Source: Octopus bimaculoides
Lineage: Eukaryota
Direction of reading: 5' to 3'
Length of the DNA stretch: 64,000 bases
Assembly: GCF_001194135.2 (NCBI RefSeq)
Contig: NC_068982.1
Location: forward strand, 155,463,442-155,527,441
In this document: positions 62,700 to 64,000 of the stretch, piece after piece
Layout of the letters: every line of letters begins with the position of its first letter
How positions within the stretch are numbered: position 1 is the first letter of the stretch
The notes under the pieces: model-generated
Databases searched by the model: none
What the model was told of the DNA's origin: nothing
Seen by the model: the letters and a program-made list of their open reading frames with translations, nothing else
Position numbers and translations under genes: made by a program

Positions 62700-63799
62700 C
62701 ACTGGGGAACAGATTCAATTTTTTGCCTATTGAATTAGATTTGACAATTAGTTCTAGGTAATTTGGGTGTGTTGAGCACACATTTTTACTCGATTTTGCT
62801 CTATTAGGTCCTGATTTTGCTTGGGCTTCACTAAGAAAAATAAACATTGTATCAAGCAATGTTTCAAACAAATCTAGCCAACACGAACATCACTTACTGT
62901 TGGAGAAGAAAATACCTAGTTAATTCACTTTTAATGACCAGAGATAAAACCATATTTTCTCCTCTATCTAAGAAACTAGGACTCATTAAACAATATGTAA
63001 AAGCTTTAGATACGAACAGCTTTTGTTTCAAATACATAACTTTAAAATTTCCAAGTCTAAGTTATGTAAAAATCAAGGCATAAGTTTTTAATGGTCCACA
63101 AATAAGAACATTAATTAAAGACTGCGATTTTCCTAATGTCATGAACGAATGCGAAAGAATTACGTGGTTCTCATTCGCGGACTTGATAGAAAATTTTTAG
63201 GCAATTATAGGGCAGGTAACTACGAAGAAATCGTAAAAAAAAAATTTTTAAGGGGCTACAAATAGTTAGGTTGCAATATGAGCATAAGGATGCATTTTTT
63301 TTGAATAGCCATCTTGACTAATTTCCAAGTAATTTAGGTGCTGTAAGTGACAAACAAGGGGAGAAATTCCACCAAGATATCAAAATTATGGAGGAATAGT
63401 ACCAAAGATGCTGAGATTACCACATGATGGCTGATTACTGTTGGTGTTTGAAAAGAGATCTGCCATCAACAAGCAAAATACCCTAGAAAGTCTTATAAAA
63501 AAATTTTTTGTCAGTGAAAGCTTCATATCTCTTAATTTTTTTATTTTAAGTATTTCTGTCATTATAATGTAATTTTACAGTAGTTTGAACTGCTTGTATT
63601 TATGAAACTTGAAAATAAATTTGAATACATGACTTAATTTTTTAGTCTTAATTTGAAAAATCTAGAAAATGGCACCTAGGCTGTTGATAAGAATCAGGAC
63701 CTGATAGAGCCAAACTGAGTTGAAATTCATATTCAGTGCACCCAAACTACCTAGAAGCAAGTATCAGATATCATTCAATAAAATATGTGTTCCCCGGTG
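62700..63799 (+). mobile_element. Internally deleted DNA transposon, Chapaev3-like (CMC superfamily), with both TIRs
   Basis: TIRs CACTGGGGAACA (62700) and TGTTCCCCGGTG (63799). Transposase remnant KLGLIKQYVKALD..CFKYI..KFPSLS..KIKA*VFNGPQIR and GAVSDKQGEKFHQDIKIMEE*YQ...MMADYCWCLKRD. Confidence 0.75.
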
Positions 63800-64000
63800 T
63801 TATTATTAGGATGATGGATTAGTTGAATCATAAGAGCTTCAGACAAAATGCCTTAAACTATTTGTTCTGGCTCTTTACATTCTGGTTTCAAATCCTACCA
63901 AGTTTGACCTTGCCTTGCAGTCTTATACTGAAGTTGATGGTATCCACTAGCACCATCCCCACTTCACCCACCCACAATTTCAGGCCTGATGCCTGTGTTA

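Overview
AT-rich, repeat-dense eukaryotic genomic DNA with five assembly gaps. The SINE and RTE-LINE families present suggest Octopus or a close cephalopod; this is an inference from repeat sequences, not a database match. One protein-coding gene is well supported. It is a plus-strand ZNF292/RLF/ZNF654-family zinc-finger gene with six phase-consistent exons (46991-47136, 51750-51970, 52396-52598, 53858-54004, 56043-56183 and a 4.5-kb exon 56832-61332). Its first coding exon is unresolved (possibly in error-prone sequence at about 41.9 kb), and any later exon lies outside the window. The remainder is intronic or intergenic. It holds several tRNA-derived SINE families, RTE 3' fragments, and remnants of CR1-, R4-, CRE- and Penelope-type retroelements, mariner, pogo, hAT, piggyBac-like, Chapaev3-like and Helitron elements. 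Almost all short ORFs in the supplied track are spurious. The most unusual local signal is a TSD-flanked tRNA-headed SINE carrying an intact-looking Penelope-type minimal hammerhead ribozyme (27.6 kb). At larger scale there is a three-domain CpG pattern: depleted about 0.5-20.7 kb, retained about 21-42 kb, depleted about 42-63 kb. This points to a second, unidentified transcription unit on the left. I did not find a clear-cut new multi-gene system.
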